From a virus (lineage: Duplodnaviria; Caudoviricetes), in IMG/VR virus record IMGVR_UViG_3300033068_001467, positions 1 to 64,000 of that record: a DNA stretch of 64,000 nt. The stretch is one strand, 5' to 3'. The notes below the pieces were generated by a model, which saw only the letters and a list, made by a program, of their open reading frames with translations, ran no database searches and had not been told where the DNA came from. The translations under genes were made by a program, and so were the position numbers. Positions 63,639 to 64,000 of this stretch are shown piece after piece (positions within the stretch are counted from its first letter, which is position 1; every line of letters starts with the position of its first letter).

Positions 63639-63995
63639 TCGGTTTTAAAAGCATCTGATTTGAGAGTTGGAAATCTTTTAAACTTATTAGGAGAAATAGT
63701 AAAAGTAGAATGTATTTCTAATGTATTTAAAAGAAAAGATATGTATTGGATTAGCACAGAAGGGTTATTGCCAATGAAAATATTTCATTTTAAACCAATA
63801 CTGCTAACTGAAGAATGGTTAAACAAATTAGGCTACGATTTAATTTCTGAAAATCATTTTGGAGTTTTAGGACATTTGATTTGGAAAATTGAGGGAAGAT
63901 TTTATTGCGATAAAAACGGAGTACAATTAAAATACGTTCATCAACTTCAAAACTTATATTTCGCTTTAACGCAACGTGAGTTAACTGTTGCATAA
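63585..63995 (+). CDS. Cassette gene, conserved Bacteroidota-phage-type protein (LRVGN...LTEEWL...VHQLQNLYF)
   Basis: Starts in the attC loop; its stop TAA is the TAA of the core TTGCATAAC (63988-63996), complementary to GTTATGCAA. Confidence 0.8.
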   Translation: METNKTHTEQLTQDAVMQSVLKASDLRVGNLLNLLGEIVKVECISNVFKRKDMYWISTEGLLPMKIFHFKPILLTEEWLNKLGYDLISENHFGVLGHLIWKIEGRFYCDKNGVQLKYVHQLQNLYFALTQRELTVA

Positions 63996-64000
63996 CGTTC
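63988..64000 (-). repeat. Start of a further attC-like site (array continues past the window)
   Basis: TTGCATAACGTTC has the same TAACGTT junction as the other sites. Confidence 0.65.

Noticed and set aside
10860-63993. Most minus-strand ORFs in the track beyond 10 kb (e.g. 15193, 39009, 48526, 54531, 63790)
   Set aside because: They lie wholly opposite well-supported plus-strand genes and have low-complexity shadow composition. Only 16829-17257 and 17394-17564 are accepted.
1-64000. Alternative genetic code (stop-codon reassignment)
   Set aside because: Only isolated in-frame stops are seen (TAG 10074 at a Trp position, TAA 29700). Long genes are intact under code 11, and TAG serves as a normal stop (e.g. 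14285, 29532).
1-64000. CRISPR array or cas locus
   Set aside because: No regularly spaced identical repeats. The PD-(D/E)XK nuclease at 44463 sits in a phage recombination context, and the attC-like repeats differ in sequence and flank whole genes.
1-64000. Diversity-generating retroelement or retron
   Set aside because: No reverse transcriptase motifs and no template/variable repeat pair. The 29882/34567 paralogs differ at all base types.

Overview
AT-rich (roughly <30% GC), gene-dense segment of a large dsDNA tailed phage, most likely infecting Bacteroidota (Flavobacterium-like). The host inference rests on the many TTTG/TTG-N~20-TAnnTTTG promoters and A-rich translation-initiation regions. 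Positions 1-2033 run on the minus strand (TnpB, HU-like and others); almost everything after is on the plus strand. The window holds recombination genes (NinG-like, RecA/UvsX, SSB-like, two exonucleases), PhoH, GroEL/GroES, a long block of tiny early-type ORFs, an RNA-repair cluster, DnaB helicase, family-B DNA polymerase, a C5 methyltransferase and several free-standing homing endonucleases. No structural genes were recognised. The most striking unexplained structure is an integron-like system: a XerD/IntI-type tyrosine recombinase (41306-42136) and attC-like imperfect inverted repeats at three loci (17.9-18.1, 40.9-41.3 and 62.5-64.0 kb). At the 41 kb and 62.5-64 kb loci each cassette gene is bracketed by complementary GTTA.../...TAAC core sites; the 17.6-18.1 kb cassette matches over 6 bp. 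Other highlights are a ROOL-like large ncRNA candidate, a perfect Bacteroidota-type parS palindrome, a structured non-coding island around an atypical initiator tRNA, a recurring promoter-tag/hairpin-loop leader architecture, and a dispersed T-tract/CG-core/A-tract motif. All family calls are by eye from motifs; no database searches were run.
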